Part shown: one piece after another, positions 27,826 through 38,138 of the stretch | Numbering within the stretch: the stretch's first letter is position 1 | Layout: each line of letters begins with the position of its first letter | IMG/VR virus record: IMGVR_UViG_3300044701_003953 | Coordinates: 124,001-188,000 of that record | Strand: one strand, 5' to 3' | Length of the DNA stretch: 64,000 nucleotides | The notes under the pieces: model-generated | Told to the model about the DNA's origin: nothing | Seen by the model: only the letters and a program-made list of their open reading frames with translations | Databases searched by the model: none | Translations under genes and position numbers: made by a program

Positions 27826-27855
27826 ATTATAGATGATTGTATTTAGATTTGTCAA
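27826..27855 (-). promoter_or_regulatory. Composite promoter of the clamp gene
   Basis: TTGACA-18 bp-TATAAT with TAAATA inside the spacer; GGAGG RBS. Confidence 0.7.
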
Positions 27856-27858
27856 TGA

Positions 27859-28962
27859 TTATACCAATAAAATTCTTCGTTTGGCGAAATTTTGGACTTC
27901 TTTGGGCAATAGATCAAACATTCGATCTCCTCGTAGTTTATCCATCATCAACGTATGTGCAATGGTATGGTGGAACAGATCTTCTGTGTTGCCTATCATT
28001 GATCGAGCCTGCTGATAGACACGTCGATTGTGATTTTGATTTCTGTCCGGCGCAAAATCAATTTCAGGCAGGAGGTCCTTTAACTCATAGGGCAAAGTCG
28101 ACAAAGAAAGGAAATCCGGTCCTTCTAATACTGATGTATTTAGAGTTATAGATTTATCTCGGCACCAATCTACCAATTCTTGTAGGAACCATATATTCAG
28201 TAGTCCCAGTGTGCAAAAAACAAATATTTCTGTGTCGGGTCTTTGCTTCCGATATGCCAGTAGAGATTCTATATTTTTTTCTGCACGATCCCAGTCTAAT
28301 CCCGATCTTACCATCTGCCCGGGCTCTCCGATAGCTTCCAGACTGGCATAGACTCTTGTCTTCTTAAAATGTTTCCAAAGTTCGGTGACTTCTTTTCCTC
28401 GGTAGTTTAAAGTAGTGAGGTTGGTATTGTATCTCAATGAAATGTTTCTGCTCCGACCATTTTCGATCAATGTATCTAACAATTTCCAATGATCGGGGTT
28501 TAGCATAGGTTCGCCGCCAGTGAAATAGATTTCTGTAAGTTCTTCGTTAGTGATTCCCTCTAACATAGGCCATACATTGAATCTTTCAAATTCGAGATCT
28601 CCGACCAAACTAGTCCAACTGCTACTGAAGTTGGGACTACAGATACGGCAAGTGAGATTGCAGGTGTTGTTGTTTCTGAGGTCGAGATATTTTATCGAAT
28701 CTCTTTGCCCAACATCGTCACCATAGTTTTTCCTGTAGGATTCTAAACCATTTTGCTCGTCTTCCCAACAACCTCGACAGCCTTGGGGACATGACCCCGA
28801 TAACATCTCTTGCTGTAGATCCTTAAAAGTATCTACCCCTTGGAAATTTTCCCCAGATCTGGCTAACTTGTAATCATAGATACAGCAAGGAGCAATCTTA
28901 CCGTCGGGGTAGACAGTGATGCTATTCCAAACGGCATTACAGATAAAAGGCTTGCCTGTCAT
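27859..28962 (-). CDS. Radical SAM protein with Cys-rich (SPASM/twitch-like) N-terminal region
   Basis: CNLTCRIC (CxxxCxxC), FTGGEP, YNTN; N-terminal C...PCC...CxxC. Confidence 0.85.
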   Translation of the reverse strand: MTGKPFICNAVWNSITVYPDGKIAPCCIYDYKLARSGENFQGVDTFKDLQQEMLSGSCPQGCRGCWEDEQNGLESYRKNYGDDVGQRDSIKYLDLRNNNTCNLTCRICSPNFSSSWTSLVGDLEFERFNVWPMLEGITNEELTEIYFTGGEPMLNPDHWKLLDTLIENGRSRNISLRYNTNLTTLNYRGKEVTELWKHFKKTRVYASLEAIGEPGQMVRSGLDWDRAEKNIESLLAYRKQRPDTEIFVFCTLGLLNIWFLQELVDWCRDKSITLNTSVLEGPDFLSLSTLPYELKDLLPEIDFAPDRNQNHNRRVYQQARSMIGNTEDLFHHTIAHTLMMDKLRGDRMFDLLPKEVQNFAKRRILLV

Positions 28963-29895
28963 TTAATTGTTAGGTTTGATTGTACCCAAGACTTGGTGTG
29001 CTTTAACAGTAGTAAGTTCGCCGGGTCGTTTAAGTTCTATCCAACTTACAGCCGGTTCGAAGTCTTGGTGATTGATGATCTCAAAACCCAACATCTCGCA
29101 CATAGGTATCAGCAGACTTTTTGGCATATATGTCATGTAGTATCTTTCGGCATATTCGGCCGCGGCCGGTAAGTCTCCGTTGTTGTAACTGAACAAGACC
29201 TTACCACCCGGCTTTAGCAAGTTGTATATCTGTTGTAGATAATGCTTGATGGTGTCGAGACTAAGATAGTTAAAATGGTTCCAACTAAATACGAACCCAA
29301 ACTGTTCCTGTGGTAACATAGAAAAATTTTGATCCTTAATTAGATATGGGCGTATGCGACGCTGATAATCCGTGTTAAACGCTTTGACGGTAGAGTCAAG
29401 GAATTCTTGGTGAACATCTGTGACATACAAAGGGTCTCCAGCCACCAGATGTTTAGTGAACTCTCCGTCTCTGCATCCAATCTCTAGAGTGGCATATCTC
29501 CAATCAAGGTTAGCATCGATTCTGCTCATCAATATGGGCTCAGCATGTTGCGGTATATAAAGAATACGAGCTTGCCTTACACCTTCTGCTTCGTTGTAAA
29601 CAAATTCAGTTTCGTAGTTAGCGGCAAAAAACTTTTTAGTGAGTTCTTCGATATCCTGCAAGAGATTATTTGTCAGCAGGGTTTTTCTTGATTCAATGAT
29701 ATCAAGTTCAGCAAGTTTGATATCAATAAGCTGTATGGTGTTATTGACTATGCTAGAATAATTTTCAGTGAGTTCATATCGATCGATGATCAATTCTAGT
29801 TTCTTTCGCAGATCTGCCATGGCAGCAACGACTTTGCTAACATCAAAAGCTAGATCGGCGTCGTTTTTTAGTGAGACTAGTTTATTGAGTTTCAT
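28963..29895 (-). CDS. Class I SAM-dependent methyltransferase with coiled-coil N-terminus
   Basis: LEIGCRDG, YVTD, FVFSWNHFNY, LLKPGGKVLFSY. Confidence 0.8.
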   Translation of the reverse strand: MKLNKLVSLKNDADLAFDVSKVVAAMADLRKKLELIIDRYELTENYSSIVNNTIQLIDIKLAELDIIESRKTLLTNNLLQDIEELTKKFFAANYETEFVYNEAEGVRQARILYIPQHAEPILMSRIDANLDWRYATLEIGCRDGEFTKHLVAGDPLYVTDVHQEFLDSTVKAFNTDYQRRIRPYLIKDQNFSMLPQEQFGFVFSWNHFNYLSLDTIKHYLQQIYNLLKPGGKVLFSYNNGDLPAAAEYAERYYMTYMPKSLLIPMCEMLGFEIINHQDFEPAVSWIELKRPGELTTVKAHQVLGTIKPNN

Positions 29896-29910
29896 AATAT
29901 ACGCCGTTAT

Positions 29911-32571
29911 TTATTGCCACTCAAACAAGCTGTCGAAAGTTGTTTTAATCTGTGTGTGTTCTTCTATCTTCCAATCTAGCACACCTAGCAGATTCTCTAC
30001 CTTTTGATCCACGATAGTGGACTCCATGTTATCGTCGTCGAAGGGCAATTCTTTGAACCAATTTGGGATATGTAACTCGTCGGTAGGGTAAGCTACGGAA
30101 GTATATCCGAGTGGATTATCTCGGAGTTTACAGACGATGACTTTCATGCCGTCCACGATCTGCATGGAATAATTGTCTCCGTGCATTCTCTTGAGGTTAT
30201 TCCAATTCATACCGGCTCTCACGTGTCCTGGCATGTTGGCTTTGCCCAGGCGTGCTTCTTCGGCTGTGTATTTGGTCAAGTTGTTGACACGCTTGGGTGT
30301 ACCTTTTTCCCAAGCCGGCCTTTCTGTGAATAACAGTTTAAAGTCCCGGACCTTCTCAATGATCTCGTCCCTGCCGGATCCTGTTAGGACCATAGTGAGC
30401 AATTCGCTGAGGAACTCTTGTACCACCTTGGGGGTGTCTGAACGCTTGAGGTCCAAGCCCATGGCCTTGACCTTGCCGGGTTTGCCGTGCGTATCCAGTC
30501 GCACACCTTCGAGATCGTAGATCAGAACAGCGTAGCGTTTTTTCTTGATGAACAAGCCCTTGGATGCCACTAGTTCACGACCGGCAGCGATGATGGCCCC
30601 CATGTCTCTGGGACAATGGCAGGCACGTTCCATGAACGCCGGGAACGAAGCGTTTACAGAATCGGCGATAGTGTCATACAGTTGTACGCAGATCTCGCGA
30701 TTCCATTCCATGCGCCCGGCCTCGACCTCGTCCTTGATAGCGGGCCAAGCAGAGAAGTACACCGAGTCGGTGTCTCCGTAGATCACGCTCTTGCCCACGT
30801 GGTCATATTCGCCAGTGATACATTCATTGACGAACGAGTCCATGTGCTTGGCGATGATACGGCCTGTCAGTGTCGTTGATTGTCCGATACGATGGTCGAA
30901 AAAGCGACAGCCCGGATTCAAGATAGCGCCGTATAGCGAGTTCAAGTTAATCTTCTTGACTAACTGACGCTTGTCCCAGAACGCTTTGTCTTCGGGAGTC
31001 TCGGCATCTTTTTTCTTGGCTTGTAGTTCTTTGCGTTCAGCATACCATCTTTCTAGCAAACCGGGGACGATACCTTTAGCATCGTACTTGAAAATAGTGC
31101 CGTTGGCACTGAGAGTCCAGGGCTGATTACTGTCGAATACCAAGCGCCATACATTGGCTGCCGATGTGACATCCGTGGTCCCATCCTCCCAGTCGATGGT
31201 GATCTCGGTGCCAGGCTCCATATTCATGACTGATTGATATTCGAGACTTCCGAACATGTTTTCCCAGGCGTCTGCGAAACTGCTGCCGCCAGCCATCTTG
31301 TCCTTGATATATCGATCCGTCATGATAGGCCGCAGTTGGCCCACGATGGTCTCGGGTCCCATGTTTAAAGCACGGATGGTAGAAGGATACAGACTGTTCA
31401 AGTCGATGGCGCCGATGTATTCGTGTATGCCACGCTTGGGGTAGGCCACATAAGCACCCGCGGCTTGTGTCTCACCTTGGTCATCACGGCTGCGACGATT
31501 GGGCACCACCATGCCGCGTTGGTGTGCTTCATTGATGATGGCTTGTTCTGTGACTGCCACTGCGCCCATGGTAGTGGGCAGTAACACGGTGTTGTCGTGT
31601 GCTAGTTCGTTGGCTAGATCCAGGAACCGGAGCTTCTTGTCGATTTTGACCAAGAGCATGACGTCTTGTCGGTTGTAGTCGATGAACTTGGGGAAGTCTT
31701 TGTTGTAGAGTTGGTCCAGAGTTCCTTCATAGGCCACCTTTGATTCACCGACTTCGTATTCTCCGATGGCATCCAGACTATAGGAGTGTCGTTCTTCATA
31801 AGTGTATTTACGATACAGTTGCATATAGTCCATATGTACTCGACCGATGATGTCAAAGGTCAAGTTCTCAGCACCAAAACGTTCGAAGGTACGTTGCTTA
31901 GGATACTGTCCCCACAAGCAGAATCGTCGCGTGTCGTCTTTGCTGAGAACACGATTCACTCGCATTACGGTATACGGGATATCAAAGCCTTCTGAGTTCC
32001 ACCCTGTCAGGATATCTGCGTCTTCGATGAGATCAAGGAATGTATCTAACATATCCTCTTCTCGCTCAAACAAGAAGCAATTATCAAACCCATCACAGAT
32101 CTCTTGCGCCGTCTCCCAGGAATAACTCTTAGGCGGGACCACTAGCGTGACGAGTCGGTCCAACCAGTCTAAGTAAACCGTGATGGATGTGATAGGATTG
32201 AAAGGATCTTCGGGTTTGGAATATCCGCGTTCGGGGTCGAAGTCGACCTCGATGTCGAAGAAACAAGTCTGTAGTTTAGGAGATGTCGCTCCTAGATAGT
32301 TTTCTTCGAGGCAGCGGAAGATGGGATTGATATCTGATTCCCAGAGACGTTTTCCGGAGTTGATCCGCATCTCTTTGTGGAACTCTTTGCTGTTGCGTGT
32401 GGAAAATCTACTGACAGGAGTGCCGTAGATAGTACGGAACTTGCCTTTGTTATCGTCGTAATAGAACACATACTTGGCCGGGAACTCGCGATATTCGCGG
32501 CTACCGTTTATACGTTCCACGACATGGATAGTATCACGCTCTCTATCAAAGAGCGCATCAATATAACTCAT
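29911..32571 (-). CDS. Family B DNA polymerase (T4 gp43-like)
   Basis: Exo FFDIE, GWNSEGFD, YNRQD; pol DLNSLYPS, KINLNSLYG, YGDTDS, KKRY; no intein apparent (886 aa). Confidence 0.97.
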   Translation of the reverse strand: MSYIDALFDRERDTIHVVERINGSREYREFPAKYVFYYDDNKGKFRTIYGTPVSRFSTRNSKEFHKEMRINSGKRLWESDINPIFRCLEENYLGATSPKLQTCFFDIEVDFDPERGYSKPEDPFNPITSITVYLDWLDRLVTLVVPPKSYSWETAQEICDGFDNCFLFEREEDMLDTFLDLIEDADILTGWNSEGFDIPYTVMRVNRVLSKDDTRRFCLWGQYPKQRTFERFGAENLTFDIIGRVHMDYMQLYRKYTYEERHSYSLDAIGEYEVGESKVAYEGTLDQLYNKDFPKFIDYNRQDVMLLVKIDKKLRFLDLANELAHDNTVLLPTTMGAVAVTEQAIINEAHQRGMVVPNRRSRDDQGETQAAGAYVAYPKRGIHEYIGAIDLNSLYPSTIRALNMGPETIVGQLRPIMTDRYIKDKMAGGSSFADAWENMFGSLEYQSVMNMEPGTEITIDWEDGTTDVTSAANVWRLVFDSNQPWTLSANGTIFKYDAKGIVPGLLERWYAERKELQAKKKDAETPEDKAFWDKRQLVKKINLNSLYGAILNPGCRFFDHRIGQSTTLTGRIIAKHMDSFVNECITGEYDHVGKSVIYGDTDSVYFSAWPAIKDEVEAGRMEWNREICVQLYDTIADSVNASFPAFMERACHCPRDMGAIIAAGRELVASKGLFIKKKRYAVLIYDLEGVRLDTHGKPGKVKAMGLDLKRSDTPKVVQEFLSELLTMVLTGSGRDEIIEKVRDFKLLFTERPAWEKGTPKRVNNLTKYTAEEARLGKANMPGHVRAGMNWNNLKRMHGDNYSMQIVDGMKVIVCKLRDNPLGYTSVAYPTDELHIPNWFKELPFDDDNMESTIVDQKVENLLGVLDWKIEEHTQIKTTFDSLFEWQ

Positions 32572-32580
32572 AGTCCTCCT

Positions 32581-32640
32581 GTGGTTTATGGCCCACTGGC
32601 CGTTCTACATGCTGGTTGAGCCAGCGACTCTATTATAACA
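32581..32640 (-). promoter_or_regulatory. Extended -10 promoter and structured leader of the polymerase gene
   Basis: TGTTATAAT (32632-32640); hairpins GCUGG-CUCAA-CCAGC and GGCC-AGUG-GGCC ahead of the AGGAGG SD. Confidence 0.55.
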
Positions 32641-32647
32641 GGATCGT

Positions 32648-32908
32648 TTACAGCGTACGACCAACAGTCTCAAGGATGGTGGTCAACTCTTCGTGTTCGT
32701 GAGTGGTTTCACCGAACTTGCTCTTTTGTGCGATCTTGATCGCTTTTTTCAAGATAGCAGGTTTGACTTCTAGTTCTTCTGCGATGGCCTTGATGGTGTC
32801 ATTGAGGCCGGCGCTGAGGTCTTCGACTTCTTGTAGCACAGCGATGCCTTCATTGATGAGTTGTGTGAGCTTGGCTTTCTGTTCGCCGGAAAACATTCTT
32901 GAGGACAT
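32648..32908 (-). CDS. Small helical protein, T4 DsbA/GapR-like dsDNA-binding candidate
   Basis: 86 aa, LNDTIKAIAEELEVKPAILKKAIK pattern; AAGGAG RBS and TTGACT-17-TATACT promoter (32933-32961). Confidence 0.5.
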   Translation of the reverse strand: MSSRMFSGEQKAKLTQLINEGIAVLQEVEDLSAGLNDTIKAIAEELEVKPAILKKAIKIAQKSKFGETTHEHEELTTILETVGRTL

Positions 32909-32957
32909 TCAAATCTCCTTGATAAAAAACACAGTATAGATACTTATTTTAAGATAG

Positions 32958-34127
32958 TCAACCCTGGAAACTTTCTAATAGTTCCATAGCCGCTTCAGTG
33001 ACTCCGGGTTCCCAGGTATGGTATCCTACCCAATCATGATCGTAATACATCGGGGAGATCCACACTATTCTGCGCTCGAAATCGGGACTTTTAGATGCCA
33101 CTTTGATTTTTTGGTCGGCATAAGAACGATTGCCATCAAACTCGAAAATATATCGTTTAGCTTCGAGTTTCACACCGGCACGGCCCTTGTGTACATGTTC
33201 GAAATGATGCTGTAAATTACTGTAACTCCATTGCACGAATTCGTCTGTATTAAAATAACTGTACTGTGCATAATCACTATGGTGTTTTCTGTCGATCGGC
33301 TTCTTGAAATCTTTGCGAAGGTGCATAAATGGTCTCACTATTGCGGTAGCCCATTTAAAATTTACATAATGCCACCACCACCAATCTGAGATAGTCTTGA
33401 CATTTTCGGGATTGACTTCTATGAGGTTTTCGGTGATCCTTCTTACATACCATTGACCGAATTCTGGATCGGCATTGATGCTTTGATCACGATCAAAGAA
33501 ACTAGCGATGAGATGCTGATTGTCTTTAAATGGTAGGAGATGTTGATCGTTATTGACCAGATGCTTGAACGCCGGAAGAGTTGGCCCAAACACAGCGTCG
33601 CCTGGATCGCCATGTATGAGTATGTATTTTTCTAAGGTTTCATTGCACATCTCAAAATCTAACAGTTGTATGTATCGGAATCTTCCTGATATATATTTTC
33701 TAAAAAAGTCAAAGTTTTCGATGATCGATTCGGTGCTCATGACTATATCAATGATCCCTAAATCGGATTCGGAAAGATTCTTTAAGAATGAAACTAATAC
33801 AGCAGTAGAATCAATTCCGCCGCTCCACATCAGTGCTATTCTTTTGTTTGCCTTTTTAGCGTAGTTAAAGACTTCTATAGCTCGTTGATCAAACAAGTCG
33901 TGTAACTTATAGTCGACAAATTTAAGTTCAGGCATAGGATAATGATGATCGTATGGTGCTTGCCATGGAGTGGAAAAATTTCCAGTCCTGGCACGCAGAT
34001 CTTTAGCGCCTATCACCAAGTGCGCAAACTTTGACCATAGGTGCCCGCTTCGGTGCTTGATATCAAGTTCGGCTACTAGATGATTGTCAACAGCTAGGCT
34101 GTTTTTTATACCTTCAACATGGTTCAT
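32958..34127 (-). CDS. Asparagine-synthetase-C-terminal-like ATP pyrophosphatase (copy 2)
   Basis: PP-loop WSGGIDST; HGDPGDAVFG aligns with the AsnB GEGADE.FG motif; no N-terminal Cys glutaminase domain. Confidence 0.7.
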   Translation of the reverse strand: MNHVEGIKNSLAVDNHLVAELDIKHRSGHLWSKFAHLVIGAKDLRARTGNFSTPWQAPYDHHYPMPELKFVDYKLHDLFDQRAIEVFNYAKKANKRIALMWSGGIDSTAVLVSFLKNLSESDLGIIDIVMSTESIIENFDFFRKYISGRFRYIQLLDFEMCNETLEKYILIHGDPGDAVFGPTLPAFKHLVNNDQHLLPFKDNQHLIASFFDRDQSINADPEFGQWYVRRITENLIEVNPENVKTISDWWWWHYVNFKWATAIVRPFMHLRKDFKKPIDRKHHSDYAQYSYFNTDEFVQWSYSNLQHHFEHVHKGRAGVKLEAKRYIFEFDGNRSYADQKIKVASKSPDFERRIVWISPMYYDHDWVGYHTWEPGVTEAAMELLESFQG

Positions 34128-34797
34128 TTTTTAGAAGTTCAATTGATTTATTGATCGATTCGGTGAAATAGTATGCACTAATAGGTATCAGTCTGATCTT
34201 TTTCTCGATGTCTGCTTTAATCTCATTGAGAGGACGACTATAATCTAGATCCGATAAAATGCGAAAAAGTATGCCTTGGAATTCTTCGAGTATTTTTTTC
34301 GGTACATCTTTGTTGATTATTTCTCGATCGACAAACTCTTGTACAGCGACATCATTGGGCACTGTCAAGGATATAAACTTTTTAAACACTCTTAGACCTT
34401 TTTTGAGAGTCTCGACCTGTCGTAGATCCCTATCAAGTATATGATAGTTATGATCTCTAGATTTTTGTATAAAATCAAAAAGGAAATGCATTTTTTCTTT
34501 ATACTCTATATCGTCCTGCGTGAACTTAGTCCTTGCTGGCACGAGCCTATATGAAGGATTTGTAAAATACATGTCGATCTCTATCCGTATTTTTTCTCCA
34601 TTGGCTATAGTGACGTTCATGCATCGATCATTGTTCAGGAGATTTGGTCGGTAGTTAACGATGCCGTTTAAATCTACTAGATACAGCAATTCATGGTTCA
34701 TGGTTATCAACTGCAAATATTTTAAACTTTCGTAATCACTGTTAACCATAATGAATCTATTACGAAACGTATTGAACAATGCATATTCATTTGACAT
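34114..34797 (-). CDS. Hypothetical partner protein (copy 2)
   Basis: Start MSNEY at 34797 with AAGGA RBS; homologous to 35962-36699 (TVPND...FVD.EI). Confidence 0.7.
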   Translation of the reverse strand: MSNEYALFNTFRNRFIMVNSDYESLKYLQLITMNHELLYLVDLNGIVNYRPNLLNNDRCMNVTIANGEKIRIEIDMYFTNPSYRLVPARTKFTQDDIEYKEKMHFLFDFIQKSRDHNYHILDRDLRQVETLKKGLRVFKKFISLTVPNDVAVQEFVDREIINKDVPKKILEEFQGILFRILSDLDYSRPLNEIKADIEKKIRLIPISAYYFTESINKSIELLKNEPC

Positions 34798-34804
34798 AAA
34801 ACTA

Positions 34805-35965
34805 TTATCCTTTAAAAGTTTCAAGTCGATAACAAACTTGCTCATTGAGATAGTCTTCCCAACGAAAGTAGCCTTTCCAATTTCGATCAAAGCATATCGG
34901 GTTGTCGGATGAAGTGCGAGTAATGACGTCGGGTGGGGCACCGGCTAACTTTGGTTTATTCTCAAAATAGAATTCATTTTTATCGAGCTCGAAAATATAT
35001 CGTTTGGCTTCGATCTTGTGAGACTTCATGCCGTCCTTTAAAAGATTTTTGAGATTGCTATAACTCCAATGCTGGAAGTATTCGGTGTTATAGAAAGTAT
35101 TTTCTGCGAACGTTTTTTGATTTTCGATGCTGATGCCTTTTTTTACATCTTTTTGGGAAAAGATAAAAGGTCTCTGGCAGCTGAATTCCCATTTGTAATT
35201 GTAATATGTCCACCACCACCAATCACTGACGGTAGTCACGTTGTCGGGGTTCACTTCTTCGATGTTATCGGTTATTTTTTTGACTATCCAATTTCCAAAA
35301 TTTGGAACAGAGTACGGCAGATGTTTACCGGGCTGACAGAGATCAATGAGTTTTTTAAAATGTTTTTTATAACTTTCTTTATGTTCGCCACTGATTATCA
35401 ACTCTCGATATGCAACAGTAGTTGGGCCGTAGAGACAATCTGCTGGGTCGCCATGCACTAAAATATTTTTATCAAGAAAATCGTCATTAAGGTCTAACAA
35501 CGAGTAATGGAAACATTTTATTTTATTAGAAATAAATTTCATATAAAATTCAAAATTTTCCACCATTGAGCCAGTGTTCATCACCACAGTCAATAATTCG
35601 AGATCTGTGCTACTTAGATTTTTAATAAAAGACGCCAAGACTGCGGTAGAGTCAATACCACCACTCCAAAGTACAAATATTTTTTTATTTGTTTTTTTGG
35701 CCACAGAAAATATTTCTAATGCTCTTCGATCTAATAGATCTGAGAGAGAATCGTTGATGAATTTGAACTCGGGCGCAGAATAAAAACTATTGCTAGGAGC
35801 ATTCCACGGAGTAGTGAAAGTACCCAATCGTGCTCTTAGGTCGTGTACTCCGATAAAACTATCTAGAGTCGATTTCCACATTTTTCCGTAGGGATTTTTT
35901 AGGTTGCCGGCAATGTTGAAGTTGCGCACGTCAACCATGATGGAATCTTCTATTTTTATAGTCAT
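34805..35965 (-). CDS. Asparagine-synthetase-C-terminal-like ATP pyrophosphatase (copy 1)
   Basis: WSGGIDST, HGDPADCLYG, SDWWWW, WSYSNL, EAKRYIFE shared with copy 2. Confidence 0.7.
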   Translation of the reverse strand: MTIKIEDSIMVDVRNFNIAGNLKNPYGKMWKSTLDSFIGVHDLRARLGTFTTPWNAPSNSFYSAPEFKFINDSLSDLLDRRALEIFSVAKKTNKKIFVLWSGGIDSTAVLASFIKNLSSTDLELLTVVMNTGSMVENFEFYMKFISNKIKCFHYSLLDLNDDFLDKNILVHGDPADCLYGPTTVAYRELIISGEHKESYKKHFKKLIDLCQPGKHLPYSVPNFGNWIVKKITDNIEEVNPDNVTTVSDWWWWTYYNYKWEFSCQRPFIFSQKDVKKGISIENQKTFAENTFYNTEYFQHWSYSNLKNLLKDGMKSHKIEAKRYIFELDKNEFYFENKPKLAGAPPDVITRTSSDNPICFDRNWKGYFRWEDYLNEQVCYRLETFKG

Positions 35966-36699
35966 TGTTCTTTTAACACTGATAGTAAGGTTTTTTTAAA
36001 AACATCAGATAAGAATATTTTTTTCCAATTGGTATTGACGTAGTCCAACTTACCAAATTCCAATGAGTTTATTTTTTCTTCGATGATTTTTTTTGCATCG
36101 TCTTTTCGATAGTTTACGTTAATCAATAAATTTATTATATCTGATTTAAATGGTCTTGCTCGTCGAATAGCGTTGTTTCTAATTTCAATTTCCCAGTCAA
36201 CAAAGTTATCGATGTTTTCGTCGTTTGGTATAGTGAGTTTTACAAACTCTTTTAACTCGATAAACCCGTTGATTTCATCGCGGAACCTTCTTTTTTCTTG
36301 TTCCTCAAATTCGTCGACGATTTTTTCCAGGACGTGCAAAATTTTCTGCAATAACAATAAGTTGGATCTCAATATAGGGTCTGGAGGCGAATGCGAGTCC
36401 ACGATTTTAGTTAGATGCATACCGGGGTCGGCGTCGAGTTTGATGTGTTTTACTGCTTTTGGTATACAGCCGAACTCATGACAGTTGTTATTGTCTATAT
36501 TGGAAGTATCTTTTTCAGATTCGAATTTTGATATGTTGATACAGAAAAAAAACTTCTGTTTCATAAGCACGAACTGTAACAGCTTCATGACTTTATGATT
36601 ATCATCTATTAGATAAAAGCAATTTTCGGGCAACCCAAGAAGACCATATACGTCGGCATCGGATTCGAATCTTCTAAAAAAGGGAAAATGTGCTGTCAT
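35962..36699 (-). CDS. Hypothetical partner protein (copy 1)
   Basis: 245 aa; TIPND...FVDWEI; preceded by TTGACT-17-TAAAAT promoter (36728-36756). Confidence 0.7.
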   Translation of the reverse strand: MTAHFPFFRRFESDADVYGLLGLPENCFYLIDDNHKVMKLLQFVLMKQKFFFCINISKFESEKDTSNIDNNNCHEFGCIPKAVKHIKLDADPGMHLTKIVDSHSPPDPILRSNLLLLQKILHVLEKIVDEFEEQEKRRFRDEINGFIELKEFVKLTIPNDENIDNFVDWEIEIRNNAIRRARPFKSDIINLLINVNYRKDDAKKIIEEKINSLEFGKLDYVNTNWKKIFLSDVFKKTLLSVLKEQ

Positions 36700-36828
36700 T
36701 TAATTTCTAACTCAACGGTAGTTTTCTATTTTACTATCTTTTAAAAGATTAGTCAATAGACTTATGGTAGATTGTGCTGGGCCCGAGGGCCCAGGTTATG
36801 CTAAAATGGTTTTTCTAATACGACTTGT

Positions 36829-38112
36829 TCAGTGGAACTGCTCTTCCTCTGTGGAACCTTTGAGGGCTTGTGTGGATGCGTCAGCTTCGATGGTCGTAGT
36901 GACAGCGTCGAAGTAACCTGTGCCTACTTCCCTTTGATGCTTAACAGCTTCAAAACCACGGCTCGCATCCGCGAACTCACGTTCTTGTAACTCCACGAAA
37001 GCAGACATACCGTTCCTAGCATAACCATGAGCAAGGTCAAACATGCCATGATTAAGAGCATGGAATCCAGCAAGTGTGATGAATTGAAAACGGTAGCCCA
37101 TTGCTCCAAGTTCACGTTGGAAACGGCTAATTGTGTCTGCATCTAAGTTCTTCCTCCAGTTGAATGATGGCGAGCAGTTGTAGGCTAACATCTTACCTGG
37201 ATGGTGCTTGTGTACTTGCTCTGCGAATTCCTTCGCGAATTGTAAGTCGGGCTTTCCTGTTTCACACCACACGAGGTCTGCGTAAGGTGCGTAGGCGACG
37301 GCTCTGCTGACTGCTTGATCGATTCCGTTACGGGTTCTGTAGAATCCTTCAACAGTTCTTTCACCAGTAAGGAAAGGCTTGTCGTTGTCATCAATATCGC
37401 TAGTGATAAGGTCACCGGCTTCGGCATCAGTTCGTGCAATAACAAGAGTAGGCACGCCCATAACATCACTAGCGAGGCGAGCGGCAACAAGTTTATTGAT
37501 GGCTTCTCTGGTTGGTACAAGGACTTTTCCTCCCATGTGTCCGCATTTTTTAGCAGACGCTAATTGGTCTTCGAAGTGTACACCAGCGGCACCAGCTTCG
37601 ATCATGGCCTTCATCAGTTCAAATGCGTTTAACACGCCACCAAAGCCGGCTTCGGCATCAGCTACGATGGGTGCGAAGAAGTCGTGATCATCTTTACCTT
37701 CCATCCACTGTATCTGATCGGCACGACGAAACGTGTTGTTGATCTTGCGGACCACGGCGGGCACAGAGTTCACTGGATACAAGCTCTGATCAGGATACAT
37801 CTCTCCGGCCAAGTTGGCATCACCTGCCACTTGCCAACCGCTTAGGTATATGGCTTTGAGTCCTGCTTTGACTTGCTGTAACGCCTGCATGCCTGTCAAC
37901 GCACCCAAGGTGTTGACATAGTCCTCAGTGGTCAGTAGGTTCCATAATTTCTTGGCTTGGTCTATCGCGAACTGATCGGGATATACACGACTGCCTTGCA
38001 AGCGAACTACATCATCGGCGGTGTAGTCTCGTTTGATGCCCAACCACCTTGGGTTGGTACTCCAATCCTGTTGTATCTGATAGGCTTTCCAGCTACGAGT
38101 GTTTTCAGACAT
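36829..38112 (-). CDS. aceA: Isocitrate lyase
   Basis: KKCGHMGGK signature, [43 protein letters not shown]; GAGGAG RBS. Confidence 0.98.
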   Translation of the reverse strand: MSENTRSWKAYQIQQDWSTNPRWLGIKRDYTADDVVRLQGSRVYPDQFAIDQAKKLWNLLTTEDYVNTLGALTGMQALQQVKAGLKAIYLSGWQVAGDANLAGEMYPDQSLYPVNSVPAVVRKINNTFRRADQIQWMEGKDDHDFFAPIVADAEAGFGGVLNAFELMKAMIEAGAAGVHFEDQLASAKKCGHMGGKVLVPTREAINKLVAARLASDVMGVPTLVIARTDAEAGDLITSDIDDNDKPFLTGERTVEGFYRTRNGIDQAVSRAVAYAPYADLVWCETGKPDLQFAKEFAEQVHKHHPGKMLAYNCSPSFNWRKNLDADTISRFQRELGAMGYRFQFITLAGFHALNHGMFDLAHGYARNGMSAFVELQEREFADASRGFEAVKHQREVGTGYFDAVTTTIEADASTQALKGSTEEEQFH

Positions 38113-38138
38113 TAGTTGATCTCCTCAGTGTTCTTAGA

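Noticed and set aside
29911-32571. Intein or intron in the DNA polymerase or thyA
   Set aside because: Reading frames are continuous, of normal length, and show no splicing motifs
32958-35965. Calling the SGGIDS proteins QueC
   Set aside because: The PP-loop is about 100 aa from the N-terminus, there is no QueC C-terminal Zn-binding Cys cluster, and the GDxxD motif fits the AsnB-like family better
36777-36794. GC-rich hairpin downstream of aceA as an intrinsic terminator
   Set aside because: No U-tract on the coding strand; may be only a stabilising hairpin
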